Below, piece by piece: positions 10,524-23,700 of a stretch of DNA of 64,000 nucleotides. Where the stretch lies: the NCBI GenBank assembly GCA_050273025.1, contig CP158636.1, positions 10,416,001 through 10,480,000 on the forward strand, written 5' to 3'. Position numbers and translations under genes: made by a program. The notes below the pieces were generated by a model, which saw only the letters and a list, made by a program, of their open reading frames with translations, made no database searches and was not told where the DNA came from. Origin of the DNA: Cenococcum geophilum (lineage: Eukaryota). Each line of letters opens with the position of its first letter. Positions within the stretch are counted from its first letter, which is position 1.

Positions 10524-13500
10524 CTTTACTGCCCTAAAATATACAAAGAAGAAAACACTGCGAATAATCCCTAGTCTACAGTATAGTAAAGACGGGACTA
10601 CTAGACTAGTAGAAAGCTTTGACGACCAGTGTAAAGCTTTTATAACTACTCTATTTCCTAAACCCCCTTCTACCAGCTCTATAGAATGGAAGGACTATAC
10701 TATAGATAGTAAATGAGAATGGCCAGAACTAGAGAAAATAGAAGTCAAATAAGTAATCTTCTCTAGCTCTAATAAAAAAGCTCTAGGGCCAGATGGACTA
10801 TCCTTCGCAATTCTATAAAAGGCCTACCCTATTATAGAAGATCTTCTATATAGGATCTATAAGATCTTATTTACTTTAGGCTATCAACCAAAGGCATGGA
10901 GAGAAGCTTGAGGAGTAATCCTCCCTAAAGCAAATAAGGAGGACTATTCTCTACCAAAGTCCTATAGACCTATCTCCTTACTAAACTGCCTAGGAAAGAC
11001 TCTAGAGAAGATCTTTGCTACTAGATTAGGATATTTAGCTAGTACTACTAGCTTACTTCAAGATTCGCAACTAGGAGGAAGAAGACAGCGGTCCGCAATA
11101 GACGCAGTCCTATTACTTCTAAATAATATCCAATCTAAAAATAATAGGAAAAAAGCTAGATAAAGGATAGCTACTACATTGTTCCTAGACGTAAAAGGGG
11201 CCTTTGACCATGTTTCTGCAAACCAGCTTCTATCTATCTGTAAAGAACTAGGACTACCTATAGCGTTTACGCAATGGGTAGCTACGTTCCTTAGCAATAG
11301 AAAGCTACAGCTTTCCTTTAATGGGCAAATACAAGAAAAAGTAGATTTAGAAACAGGGATACCACAGGGTTCACCTATATCCCCTATTTTATTTCTACTA
11401 TATATACGCAATATCTGCAGCCTAGAGACAGAAGGAGCCTATTCTCTTAGCTATATGGACGACTTTGCAATTACAGTTACTTTAAATTCAGCCAAATCTA
11501 ATTGCAAAAAGCTAAAGGGAATAGCGCTAGAACTAATGGCTAGAGCTAAGGAAGCTGCTATTAGCTTCGACGTTAGCAAAATAGAGCTTATACACTTCCA
11601 TAGTAAACGAACTACTATAGAAGAGGGGCTAAAGTTAGGAGACGTAGAAATATCCCCCAAACCCTAAGTTAGGTGGTTAGGGATATTTCTAAACTCTAAA
11701 CTTACCTTTAAACAATACGTAGAAATACGAATCTCTAAAGCAAAAGCAGCCTTCTATTTAATTAGGAGACTAGGTAATACACAGAGAGGACTATCTCTAC
11801 AAGCCCTACGGCAGCTCTATATTGCTTGCGTTACTACTACAGCAGACTATAGAATACAGTGCTGGTGGAAAAGCAAATCTAGAGACTACCTACTAGCTAG
11901 GTACCAGTCTCTATAAAATGAGGCGCTAAAACTAGTTCTAGGAGCGTTTAGAGGATCTCCTAACCAAGCTATGGAGATAGAGGCCTCTATTCCACCTCCT
12001 AGGATTAGATTTAAAAAGCTTTGCAATAGATCCTAAAATTTAAGGAAAACCACGCAATTAAGAAGGCCTATATAGAAGAGAATGATAAAGATAAGGACGA
12101 ACTAGCAGCTAGCTCTAGCTCTAGCTCTAGTCCTAGTTCTAAAAACTCTACTATAAGGTACCTACTACAGCTAAAAACACAGCTACTATCCCTAGTCTCT
12201 AGAGTCCAACAGCTAGTTCAAAATTGGAAAATAGAGAAAACCTCTCTAAAATGGCAAAAACCGTGGTCTCCTCCTATTTCTGCATCCTTTTCTATCTCTA
12301 GAGGTAGTAAGGAGGAAGCTGCACAAGAATATTTAAGACTAGTAGAAGACCTACAAGAGGCTCTAGAATGGGACTTAGTAGATATATACTATACAGATGG
12401 CTCTAAAGACAATAAATCTAATGCAGCAGCTATATGCAAAATAGGAGAGAGAAATAGGATTAAATATGCAACAAATTGGAATCTAGGACCCTATATGGAA
12501 ATTATGGACGCAGAACTTTATGCAGTCTATAGGGCCCTAGAATACCTAAAGCAGTAAAGACTAGAAGAAAAACAGGTCTATATCTTTATAGATAGCCAAG
12601 CGGCTATTAAAAGATTACAGCTTAATTCTCTTATAGGGGGACAAGAACTAGTCTTTAAAATTACGCAAAGTTGCTCTTACTTAGCTAGCAGAAAGGTCTC
12701 TATTAACTTTTACTAGGTTCCTAGCCACTTAGGAATTTACGGAAATGAGATAGCAGATAAGCTAGCTAAAAAGGGTCTCTATAGAAGAAAAATACAGTCT
12801 TCTTATACCTCTTTGGCCTATATAGAGAGAGTAGCAAGAGAAAAGATACTAGAACAGTGGAAAAGTAATTGGCAACTGAACAAAAATAAAGGAAAACACT
12901 ATACTAGGATCTGTAAAGAAAGCTATTCCTTTTCTCTTAAAGCCCCTAAGAATAAATATCCTAAAAAGCTACAATTGGCTTTCTTTCAGCTAAAGCTAAG
13001 AAAAGGCTACTTTAAATCATTCTCTAAGACGATAGGAAAGGACGAAGAAGGTAGATACTTTAAGGAATATAGAGCTATACAAACCCCTAAGTACCTACTA
13101 CTAGACTGCAACCTATATAGAGGGGAGAGAAAGGAGATGCAAAGGCAACTAGGATCTTCTCTTTCTTTAAAGAAACTATTTTATACAAAGAAAGGAAAAG
13201 AGGCGCTTTTTCTATTTCTAGATAGGATAGGAATAGCTACTAGAAAGTGGCTAATAACAGCAGGATCCTTAGAGGGAGGTAACTCCTATTAGACTCCTAG
13301 TAGATAGATATTAGAGAGCAAAAGAATAGAAATAAGCTATAAATAGGACAGGGGTAGGCGTTAGGGTTTTGTAATTTCGTAATTTCTTATAGTCTTTTCT
13401 ACTGTTTTTAAACCACCTATTAGTTGTTAGCAACCTAGTACTTTACTAGGGAGCGGTAAACCCCTAGTTTAGAGGTTTATAAACTATTAGGACATAGCTA

Positions 13501-13628
13501 CTAGTACATGTTAAGCTGCCTAAAGGGATTTATGTATATAGAACTATAGCGCCATAGCCTAGAGGCTGCATGCGCAGTATTATACGTAGTATAATACAAC
13601 GGATATAAAAAAAATTTAAAAATAAAAA
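10524..13628 (+). mobile_element. 5'-truncated Tad1-like LINE (RT + RNase H), second family, lightly RIPped, inserted in the integrase region of element A
   Basis: 12-bp TSD agccctatttag (10512-10523 / 13629-13640), A-rich tail ~13606-13628. ORF 11179-11667 has FLDVKGAFDHV, GIPQGSPISPILF, YMDD; RNase H YTDGS ~12390; ORF 12813-13292 is the C-terminus. Confidence 0.95.
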
Positions 13629-16600
13629 AGCCCTATTTAGTTAACTTGTCTACTATTATAAGGATTATATTATGCTCCTATCCGGTAATAGGATCTCTTA
13701 ACTTTAGTAACTTTATAATAAAATCCTATAATATTATCTTTTATAGACGTTCTGGTACTTTAATAGGCTATAGCTTTCTATATAGCTTATGCCTTATCAG
13801 CTTATTCCTTTAGTAATTTAAATACTCTTTTATAACTTTTCTCGCTAAGCCCTAGATTCTATAAATAATATATTTCTCTTAAAGTCTTAATACTAAGCCT
13901 ATAGCTCTATTATGTCTCTATATTATTTCTTTATAGAAATCTTTAACAAATTCTTCTACTATTCCTCTTAGGATATATATATTTGTTCTCTACTTATACT
14001 AGTCTATTTCTAGGTCCTTAGATTATACTTCTTAGATCCTCCTTATCTAATTGCTTTCCGGTAGCTTATACTCTTAAGTTACTGCAATCTTAGGATAATT
14101 ATATCTAATTAATCTATTACTATCTCTATATAGTATTGCTCCTAATAGCTTCTCGTTATTTTATAGTTTAGCTTTTCTACTTAATACGTCTACTCTTATA
14201 TTCTTAGTGCCTTTAGTATACTAAATCTTAAAATAGTATTCTGTAGGCATCTCTGCCTATCTAACCTATTTTTAATTAAATTTTATTATTATTAGGAACC
14301 CTATTAGGTTTTTATAATCTGTCTTAACTATAAATAGTTTCTTTATACCTTATAAGAATGCTCTCTATTTCTTAAGTGCTATAACTATACCTAATAACTC
14401 CTTATTATAGATATCGTAGTTTAACTCTAGTAGTATTATCTTTCGACTATAGTATACTATTAGATGCCATATATTCTCGTACTTCTATAGTAAATATACT
14501 CCTAGTGTAAAGTCTAATATATTTATTTCTATAACCGTCTCTAGTCCTAGTTAATAGATCTTAAAAAAATTAGCTCCTAGGTAAATAACTCCTTAAGTTC
14601 CTTAAATAACTTTTTTTGCTTATTTCCCTATATCTATAGTTCCTATTTCTTTATAAGCCTAGTAAACGGTTTAATATTCTTTAACTATTATACTATAAAC
14701 CTTTTATAGTAGTTACAAACCCCTAAAAATAACCTTAACTGCGTTACGTTTTTTAGTTCTTACTAACTTACTATAGCTTTAATCCTCCCCAGGTCTATAC
14801 TAATATAACCTAGTTTAATAATAAATTTAACAAAATCTATCTTTCTAGTAAAGAACTCGTGTTTTTTAATTGCTACTAGCATCTATTCTTCTTATAGTCT
14901 TTTAAGACCTATTTAACGTATTCCCCGTACTCTTCCTTAGTTATTAAGTAGATAATAATGTTATTAAGGTATACTATAATAAACTTATTAAGGTGTTCTT
15001 CTAATACACTATTAATTTACTTTTAGAATATTGCTAGTGCGTTTATAAGCCTAAATTGCATAACTAATAGTTTATATAGTCCTTCCTTTAACCTAAAGGC
15101 TGCCTTCTATTTATTGCCTTCCTTAATTCTAACCTAATAGTACGCCTATCTTAGATCTATCTTCGTAAAGATTTACGCGTTATCCTATCTTAAATTTCGC
15201 TAATTAAGGGTAAAGGATATCTATCCTTCCAAGTAATGCTATTTAACTACCTATAGTTAATATATAGCCTAAGTTTTTTATTCTTCTTTAGTACAAATAG
15301 TACTGGATAACCTACTAATAACTGCGATAGTCTAATATATCCCTTCTATAGGTTTTCCTAGATAAACTCTTTAAGTGCTCTAGACTCCTCTTTAGTTAGC
15401 TTATAAATTAGAAAGAACTTTAGACTTATTTCTAGTTCTAATTCTATCTTATAGTCCTATGCTATATACTCTAACAGCTTTTTATTTTCTAGACTCTATA
15501 GTTTCTTACTATACTTATAGTATCTCTTTAGTATATAACTTAAGCCTCGCTTAGTCTCTTTATATATTACTCTAACTTAGTACTATACTATCTTAGTTTA
15601 TTATCGCATTTTACGGCGTTAAGTATCTCTAATATTAACCTAACCTATAATCTAATCGATCTTTAGATTGTACTCCTATAATTAAGGCATGCCTAATACT
15701 GCCTTATCCCGTCCTAATAGTAGGATATTAAAAGACATCTTAATTTATCTTCCTTTAATAGTTATCTAAATAGGTCCTATTTTAAGATTGATAATCCCTC
15801 CTTTATAGGTTATTAGATCTTCTAAAATTGTAACTAATAGGTAAGGTTGCTTCTTCTATCTATAAGGCAATTCTATTCTCTTAACTACTGCTAATAAAAT
15901 ATAGTTTCTCGTTGCTCTACTATCTATTAGCGCTTTAAACTGTTAATCTTACTAATTAATTTATAAATTTAGGTATCGTCCTTAAATTCCTTTAAGGGTT
16001 TAAGGCTCTACTACTAGCTCCCTCTAGTTCTATAGGCCTTTACTTTTCCTAACTATTAGCTGCTTAATTCTATTATACTTAGCTCGCTCTTTAGCTAATG
16101 CCTAGTTCGCTTTTTATCCTCTATATACTATAGATACGTACTCTCTAGGCATTTCTACCACTATTGTCCGTCTAAGTATTTTTTCCATAAGGAATCTTCC
16201 TAGTTAAAGTATTAAGTTTCCTAACTCCTAAACTTCTACTAGATACTATCTATATATATACTTAGTATTTTTATACTACCGCTCTTTTAGCGCCTAATAT
16301 ATCCTTATAGGGTACTTTTAATTCTTTTCTTTTGGATTCTTATATATATCGCATATATTATCTATATATATAATTTATAATAGCGTGTAATATACTAGGT
16401 GCTTTAGGTTAACTTATAGCTCGTCTTTATCCTTAAGTTTAAACCTCTATTATATTAATCTAAACGTTATAACTTTATTTACAAGTACTAAGATTTGTCT
16501 TTCGCTTCTCTAGTCCTCTAATTATTCCTTTAAATCCTTTAACGTTATAATTAAGGCTCCCTTAATATAACTTATAGCCTTTTCCATAATAAGGTAGTCC

Positions 16601-17251
16601 TAGATAACTTGCTCATCTAACTATATATAGAAATCTTCCCACTTATCGTTATATCGTTGCCTATACTACTTTTAGTATAGCTATTAGAGTATATACGGCT
16701 TATCCGTAAGGAAGTATCTTCTTATTACTATATTATAACAGCCCTTTATATATCGTTCTTTAAATCTAGTAGGGATCCCTAGATCCTCTTCTTATTCTAA
16801 GTTAGTAAGCTATTTTACTCTTAGCGTGCCTATCTTAGGCCTATTAGTTATTCTTTATATAGGTGCTCTATCCCTAGTACAACCTAGTATACTAGATCTC
16901 TGGTTTAGTTTCTATTCTTACTATATAAGGATTCTCTATCTAAATTCCTCTATAGTTTCTTTCGTTCCTTACCTTATAAGTAGATCCTTAAAGTCTTCCT
17001 ACTTCTTAATCTTAGTATTAATTTTCTTAATAGTCCTTATTTATATGTTGAAATCTTAGTCCTATAGAACTCTTATTCCTAAGCTTACTTTTTTTTAAGC
17101 CTAGCTCTAGCCTTAGTCCAACTAGGCTTCTATAGTATTCTTATCTTATCTTAAGAATCTTATACCTTTGGGAAACTTCGTCCCGAGCTTATTTATATAT
17201 CACTAAACTAAGCCGTTACTCTGCTCTATCGGTTGTCGTCTATTATAGGTC

Positions 17252-17378
17252 CTTAAGCGTGTCTTATCTCTTCTTAAGAATCTTAAGCGTCTCTTATCTC
17301 TTCTTAAGAATCTTAAGCGTCTCTTATCTCTTCTTAAGAATCTTAAGCGTCTCTTATCTCTTCTTAAGAATCTTAAGC
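17252..17378. repeat. 30-bp tandem repeat x4.2 inside the gag-protease spacer of element A
   Basis: Unit cttaagcgtctcttatctcttcttaagaat; minus strand de-RIPs to DSQEEIRDAQ; about 2 units at the homologous site of A2 (~55467-55530). Confidence 0.95.
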
Positions 17379-18970
17379 CTATAGCCTTTTGCCTTTATTA
17401 AGTGGTAAGCTAGCGCTAGCAGTTATCTACTTACTTAGTCCTTTTTCTTAGATATTTTCCCTTCCTTCTTATAAAGCGATAGATGCCGTATCTAATAGTA
17501 TTATAATTTCTATTACTGACCCCTGTTTTATAGTAGTCTCGGTCTTTACTTCTATTATAACTTCTCTAAGGTTTATATGCTCTTAGTAAGCTACCTTTAT
17601 TACCTTATTATTACTAAATACTTCGCGTATATTAGATTTATTGTCCTTAATATCCAATCTATAAGATAGTTTATTAGTTCCTCTAAACTCTAATAATTTT
17701 AGCTCCTATAGCCAATAGCTTACGCTATACTTAGCGTCCTTATAAATTTGGTATACGTTGTTATAATAAAATGCGAAACTCTTAATTAAATATTTTTTTG
17801 TTCCTTGCAGTATATTGTTATCCCTTTATATATATATATTGTCTACTAGTCTTATTTCTTTTACTATATAGTAATTCTAACCACTTCTATAGTCTCTAAT
17901 AAAATAACTTTATTTTCCATAATTTATGCAAGCTCCTTCTTTAAACCATTTTTCTTGCTATAGAGTCCACCTAAATATCTTCTACTACTAAGATCCCTAG
18001 TTTGGCCTCTACTCCTTAGTCCTATAATTACTTAATCCTTAACCTCTAGGTTTCTATAGTTTCTTATTCTATCTTCTAGATTCTTTAGTACTGCTTAGGT
18101 CCATTAGTTCTGCACCATACCATAGTTTCTAACTTTAACTTTATTGTTGCGTACTCTGCGCCTTATATAATTATAAAACTTTATCCTAACCCTCCTTAGT
18201 CTGTTCCCTCTAATAGATTCTATTATTAATTTTAATTACTTAATTAATTAGATCTCATAGAGTTTCCGCATCTTCTATTAGGATAATTACGTTCTAGACT
18301 TTTGCTTTAAGTCCCTATTTATACTATACTATAAGCGCCTTATTATTCTATTCGACCTATATAGCTAATATTTAAGGCTGCGTTGTATACTTAATTGCTA
18401 AGGTTTATTATACTAGGCTTTAAAGCTTTTGTTCTACTGTGGTAGTTGCTTCTAGGTCTCTAAATATCTGCGTTAATTATTCCGCGAACCCGTTCTAGCT
18501 GGTAAATATATATTATACTTTTTAATTAGTAGTTACTATACTATATTCTTATACCTCTATAAGATAGGGTTTAAACCACTTAAGTGCCTTTCCTATTAGG
18601 AATAATCCTATATAGACTACTTAGTCCATAAATATTGCTAGCTTTGTTCCCTTCTATATAACCTTAAAGTATATTTATATAAGGAATCCCTTAAGCTTTA
18701 ACTTCTCTCCTAAGAATCGCTTAATTAATAGTAGCTTAACCTTAGCTGCTCCGATTCCATTAATTCTTTTTTTAAATATCCTATTATTATCTGTTAATTA
18801 ATTAATCATTTCCTATAGCTGTCCAACCGTAACTAGCTAAGAGTTAGTATCTACTATACTGGCGTTGTTACCTAATCCTAAAGTAGTTACTGCCGTTAAC
18901 GGCGTCGTGGCTGCTACTTTTGGTGGTATATTATTTGACTTTGTTAATACTATAACCTTAGTAGTAAATG

Positions 18971-19394
18971 TATAATAAAGCCTTATAGTAAGAACTATGG
19001 TAGACTTATTAATGGGCTAGGTATATAGGTGAATAAGAAGTTAATAACGTAATAATAACTAGTGGAGTAGTTGCCTAATAGATTAACTCTAATTATATTC
19101 TAAGATTTACTATAGAGAAGAGAACTATCTAGGTAGGGACTGTAGTTCTTTAAATATATAATACTGCGCCTAAGAAATACTTAGGTATGTTAGTACGTTA
19201 AACAATTTAAGTACATAACGTTCCGATAGATCTTATAGATTCTACGTTCCGAACTTATAACGTGACTGGCTATATAACTTAGCTACCTCTTATCCTATAG
19301 CTCGATCGGTTCTAGCGCCTCCCGTACTATCTTAACTAACCTATTTATATCTCTTCTTAGTAGTCGTACTACTGCCGATATAAGGTCCGTAATA
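18971..19394 (-). repeat. 5' LTR of element A
   Basis: Colinear with 2470-2635 + 8561-8818; termini t(g/a)taataaagcc ... gtccgtaa(c/t)a. Confidence 0.93.
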
Positions 19395-20781
19395 TATAGT
19401 ATTAATGCTTAGCCTAGATATTAGTAGTGCCTATAATAACGTACCCTATAAGCGCCTTCTATATATTTTTAGGGTAAAGGGCTTCCTAAAATAAATTATA
19501 TAATTTATTTAAGGGTTTATAGGCTAAAAAGAAATATTACTGGTCTTTAGCGGGTATTAGAGCCCCCCTATTATAGTTATAACAGGAATACTATAAGGAT
19601 TACCCCTCTTACCTTACTCTTTCTTTTCTTTATAAGTAACCTACTTAACTTCTTTAAGAAAGGGGCGACCTAGGGGATAGGCTTTATAATAATATAAACC
19701 TAATTATATATAGGCTAATAGCTATAAAGAATTGTAGAATACTAGAGAAAGTTTATAATACCTATATAGAATAGGCAAGATAATATAAAGTCCAATTCTC
19801 TCTAGAGAAATACTAGCTAATCCATTTTATAAGAAAACGTAACTAATCTATAGATTTTTAGCATATAATTTATATTTAAGGCTTTAGGGGTTAACTAGTT
19901 TAAGGCCTAAGGGTATTAGGAGTATAGGTAGATAGTAAGCTCTAGTAGAGCGTATATACGTTATAAGCGGGCTATAAGGGCTAAGCTTAGTATATTATAA
20001 TATCTAGGATTATTAATTCTATATAGGGTCTATACTTCTAAAGGTTACGCCTACTATATATAGTAGTTATCTAGCTAACTATAATATATAAATCTAGTAT
20101 TTAGGTAATAAGAAAATCCAAAAAAGGCCCCCCTAAATTACTCCTTAAACTACTCTAAAAGGTCTAAATAGCCTACCTTTAGAATATAATAGGCGGGTAT
20201 AAATTAACGGCTATAGCACTGCTTAAGAAGGAAGCTAATATCCCCCCCTTATAATTATATATTAAAGCCGCTATAATATAAAGGGTATAAAAGGAGCGCA
20301 ACTCTAATATTATAAAGTATATTAAGACACGCCTAAATAAACTATGGAGGGACCCTAGGGTGCCCTATAAGAGAGTAAACTAAATACCATAAAGTAGGGG
20401 AAATATATTAGAGAAATAGGTAGAGAAAGTAGAAGAAGAATAGTGCTGTATTAGGGCCTAGGCCTATATAGAGGAGAAAGGGAAACGCGTAAGAGGCTAG
20501 TAAAGATAATAGTAAGAGAGAGAAAGGAGTTAAAGTAAAGTATAAAAGAGTATTAGGAAACTATCTACTATAATATAATACTAGTTGGACTAATACTAGA
20601 GAGGTATATAGGAGTTAAAGGTATAAAGGCTAACCTAGGTAAGAGTAACCTAAGCTATAGTATAGTTAATACTATAGAGGGTAAATACCTAGGGGCTCTA
20701 AAAAGGCCTAATAAAGGCAGAAAATATAATAGCAATACTCTTAAGAACAGGAATAATAGGACTAAAAGATTAGCTCTATTA

Positions 20782-23700
20782 TATTATGGAGTAAGTATAA
20801 GCGATAATAATATATAGCAGAGTAGATATTATTAAGCTATGTATATAAACTGTGTAATAAGGTCAAGACGTTATATAAGGAAAGAAGGTAGGAAAACGGG
20901 AAGAAAGGGTATATATCGTTAATTTGGTTGCTTGGTTAATACGTGCACGAAATAAAATAGGATTTAGGTCGTAGACCTAGTAGAACTTAATAGGATTTAG
21001 TGGAACTTAGCGGAATATAATAGAATTTAGTAGAACTTGGCGGAATATGGTAGATTACCATTAGATTGCTATAGGTCGCAGTAAATTGCGGTCTTGTAGT
21101 TAGTGGAAATAGGTAGGCATATATAAGGTGTTACGGAGGTGTCCCGTAATAGTACCCCCCCTTTAAACTTAAGCTTCTACGAGATAGGGCTATAGTAGTT
21201 CTAGGTGGAGTTTGTGAAAGTCTTCTATAGCTTGTGTAAGTCCTATAGAGTTAATAGGTTCCTATATAGGCTTAGTAAAGCCTCTCCATTTCGTAAAATA
21301 TATATATTAGCATTTCCGTTTATTATACTTAATGTCATTAATTCTTTTAATAAAGTACTTATTCTTACTATCTACTTTAACTAGTAGGGGAGGGTCCTAT
21401 ATTTATCTAGGCAGGGCGTCTAATATAGGGGTAGTAGGGTAAAGGACTGACGTATAGAATACGGGGTGGATTTTAACCGTATTAGGGAGCTTTAATTAGT
21501 AAAAGTAAAAGGAAACGACCTTCTTAACTTTATAAGGGCCAGCGTTCTTCTAATTAAGTTTCTTAGTAAGTCGTTTTATATTTAGATTTCTTATATCTAG
21601 TTAGATAAAGTTACTAATTTAGTAGGCCAGTACTAGGGTTTATTTCTTATTCGCTACGGCTTTATAGACAGATTAAGCCTATATAATTTTATTAGTAAGG
21701 AACTATTATAGTTCCTCTATCTTTTCTATAAATTAATTTACTTCTATAATTTATAAGGCGTAATAAGTAGGGCGAGGGATGTTACTAAAGGGTTTAAAAC
21801 CCATTTATAAATACTAGCCGTAGTTAGCTAGGAACGGGGAGACCTTTATAGTTTCCAAGACGGAATTATTTATAGTAAACTTAGCGAATATAAGCTAGTT
21901 AATTCAGTTATCTTATAAGTATAACGTGTATATCCGGATATACTATTCTATTATAGCGTTTACACGTTCTATTTAACCGTCCGTTTCTAGGTAATATATA
22001 GTAAATAGCAGTACTTTAATACGGAGTTAGGTAGTTAGTTTTTTCTAAAATATAGAGATAAACTAGCTGCCTTTATTAGAGATAATTGTTTTAGGGAGTC
22101 TATAGAGTTTCTATACGTAATCTAGGAATAGTTAGGCGATAGTAGGCGTTAACATATTAGGGCAGGCGATTAAGTGCCTTATCTTAGATAGTCGGTCTAT
22201 AACTACTATAATGTTTATACAGCCTTTACTTACGGAGAGGTTAATAATAAAGTTAATTAAGATATCCTTTTATCTTCGGTTTAGAATAGGTAGTAGCTTT
22301 AATAGGCTATTATACGTCTTACGCGAAGCTTTAGCTTATTAGTAGATATAGCAGCTAGAGACGTATCTTTGTATTATATTATATATATTTAGCTAGTAAT
22401 ACTCCCGTTAAAGTAGCTCTAGGGTTTTTTCTTGGCCTAGGTAGCTAGCTACTAGTAGGTTATATACATATTTAAAGGGCTTAAGCTTAAGTTCGTCGTG
22501 GTTGGGTATAATTAGGCGGTTTTAGTAGTATAAGTGGTTCCTATAGGCTTTATATTTACTTAAAGAAATCCTTTTAAAGCGTCTAATACTATTTTGTATT
22601 AGCTTAAGCGTCTCTTAAATAAACTCGTTATTTAAGTATTTATTAGTTATAATCTGTTTAATTAATCAATTAGTTATTTTAAGGACGTATACCATAATAT
22701 CTTTAGTAGGAGGGTTAAATAGTTTAGGGCGAAGTAGGGTCTAATTTTAGTAAGAGCGCGCTTCTTTTAGTGCTAGCGCGTCTTGCAAGCGTTAGGTTAG
22801 GATATTAGGCTTCTAGCCTTAAACGCCTAGGCGGTATATAATTAAGAATTAAAAACGGGATAGGTATTCTAACTAGCGGGCCTAACGGTAGCTTAGCTGT
22901 TTTATGGTTATAAAGTACTATAGGTTCTTATAGTTGCTAAGGGCCTTAATTAGGAATCTAGCGCCTTCTAGTTTAGGTCGCTATTGTTTAAAATATCTAA
23001 TAATAGCTAATAATTCCTTATTATAGATCTCGTAATTATATTTAGCTAGGCTTAGTTATTTTAAGAAGTATACTATAGGGTATAATACTCTATCCTCATT
23101 ATATTAAGATAAGATGCCTCTAGTAACGTAGTTGGATAAGTTAGCTTCTATAACACTTATTCGGTTTAAGTTAAAGTATTAAAGCACTAGCATAGTAGTA
23201 AATATAACCTTTAGATAGGTAAAGGCCTTCTTATATTTCTTATTAAAGATAAAGGTTTTATCTTTTTAGGTTAAAGCTATAAGGGGTAAGACTGGGGCGG
23301 AGAAGTTATTAATAAACTATTAGTAGAAATTGGTAAATCCTATAAAGGCTTTTACGTTTTTAATATTCTTAGGTTCTTACTAGTTTATAATTACTTTAAC
23401 TTTCTTTAGGTCCATTTATATACCGTTTATAAAAATAAGGAGTTTAAGGTATAGGACTTCCGTTTTATAAAACTTGCATTTATTTATATCTAATTATAGA
23501 CTAGCTCTATGTAGGGCTTATAGGATAAGATTAACGTATTTCCAATATTTGGTTGGGTTATTACTATATATTAGGATGTTGTTAATATAAGTAGTATAGA
23601 AGATATCTAGGTAGGGATGTAGGGTATTATTTACGTAATGTTAAAACAAGCTTAGGGCATTTATAAGGCCAAATAGCGTTACTAAGTATTTAAATAATCT

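Larger units (their letters stand above)
2470..19394 (-). mobile_element. Ty3/Gypsy chromovirus-type LTR retrotransposon family A, copy 1, full length, RIP-inactivated
   Basis: Two 424-bp LTRs (18971-19394; 2470-2635 + 8561-8818), TSD TATAG (2465-2469 / 19395-19399), PPT at 8819-8832. Minus strand: gag from ~18929, protease DSG ~15920, RT YLDD ~14965, RNase H, integrase, chromodomain ~9610-9735. Confidence 0.93.

Noticed and set aside
16826..17059. Short hydrophobic ORFs in AT-rich DNA (also 36061-36249, 53998-54261, 55264-55455, 57025-57210)
   Set aside because: Antisense to RIPped TE sequence; L/I/Y/S bias is a RIP artefact.
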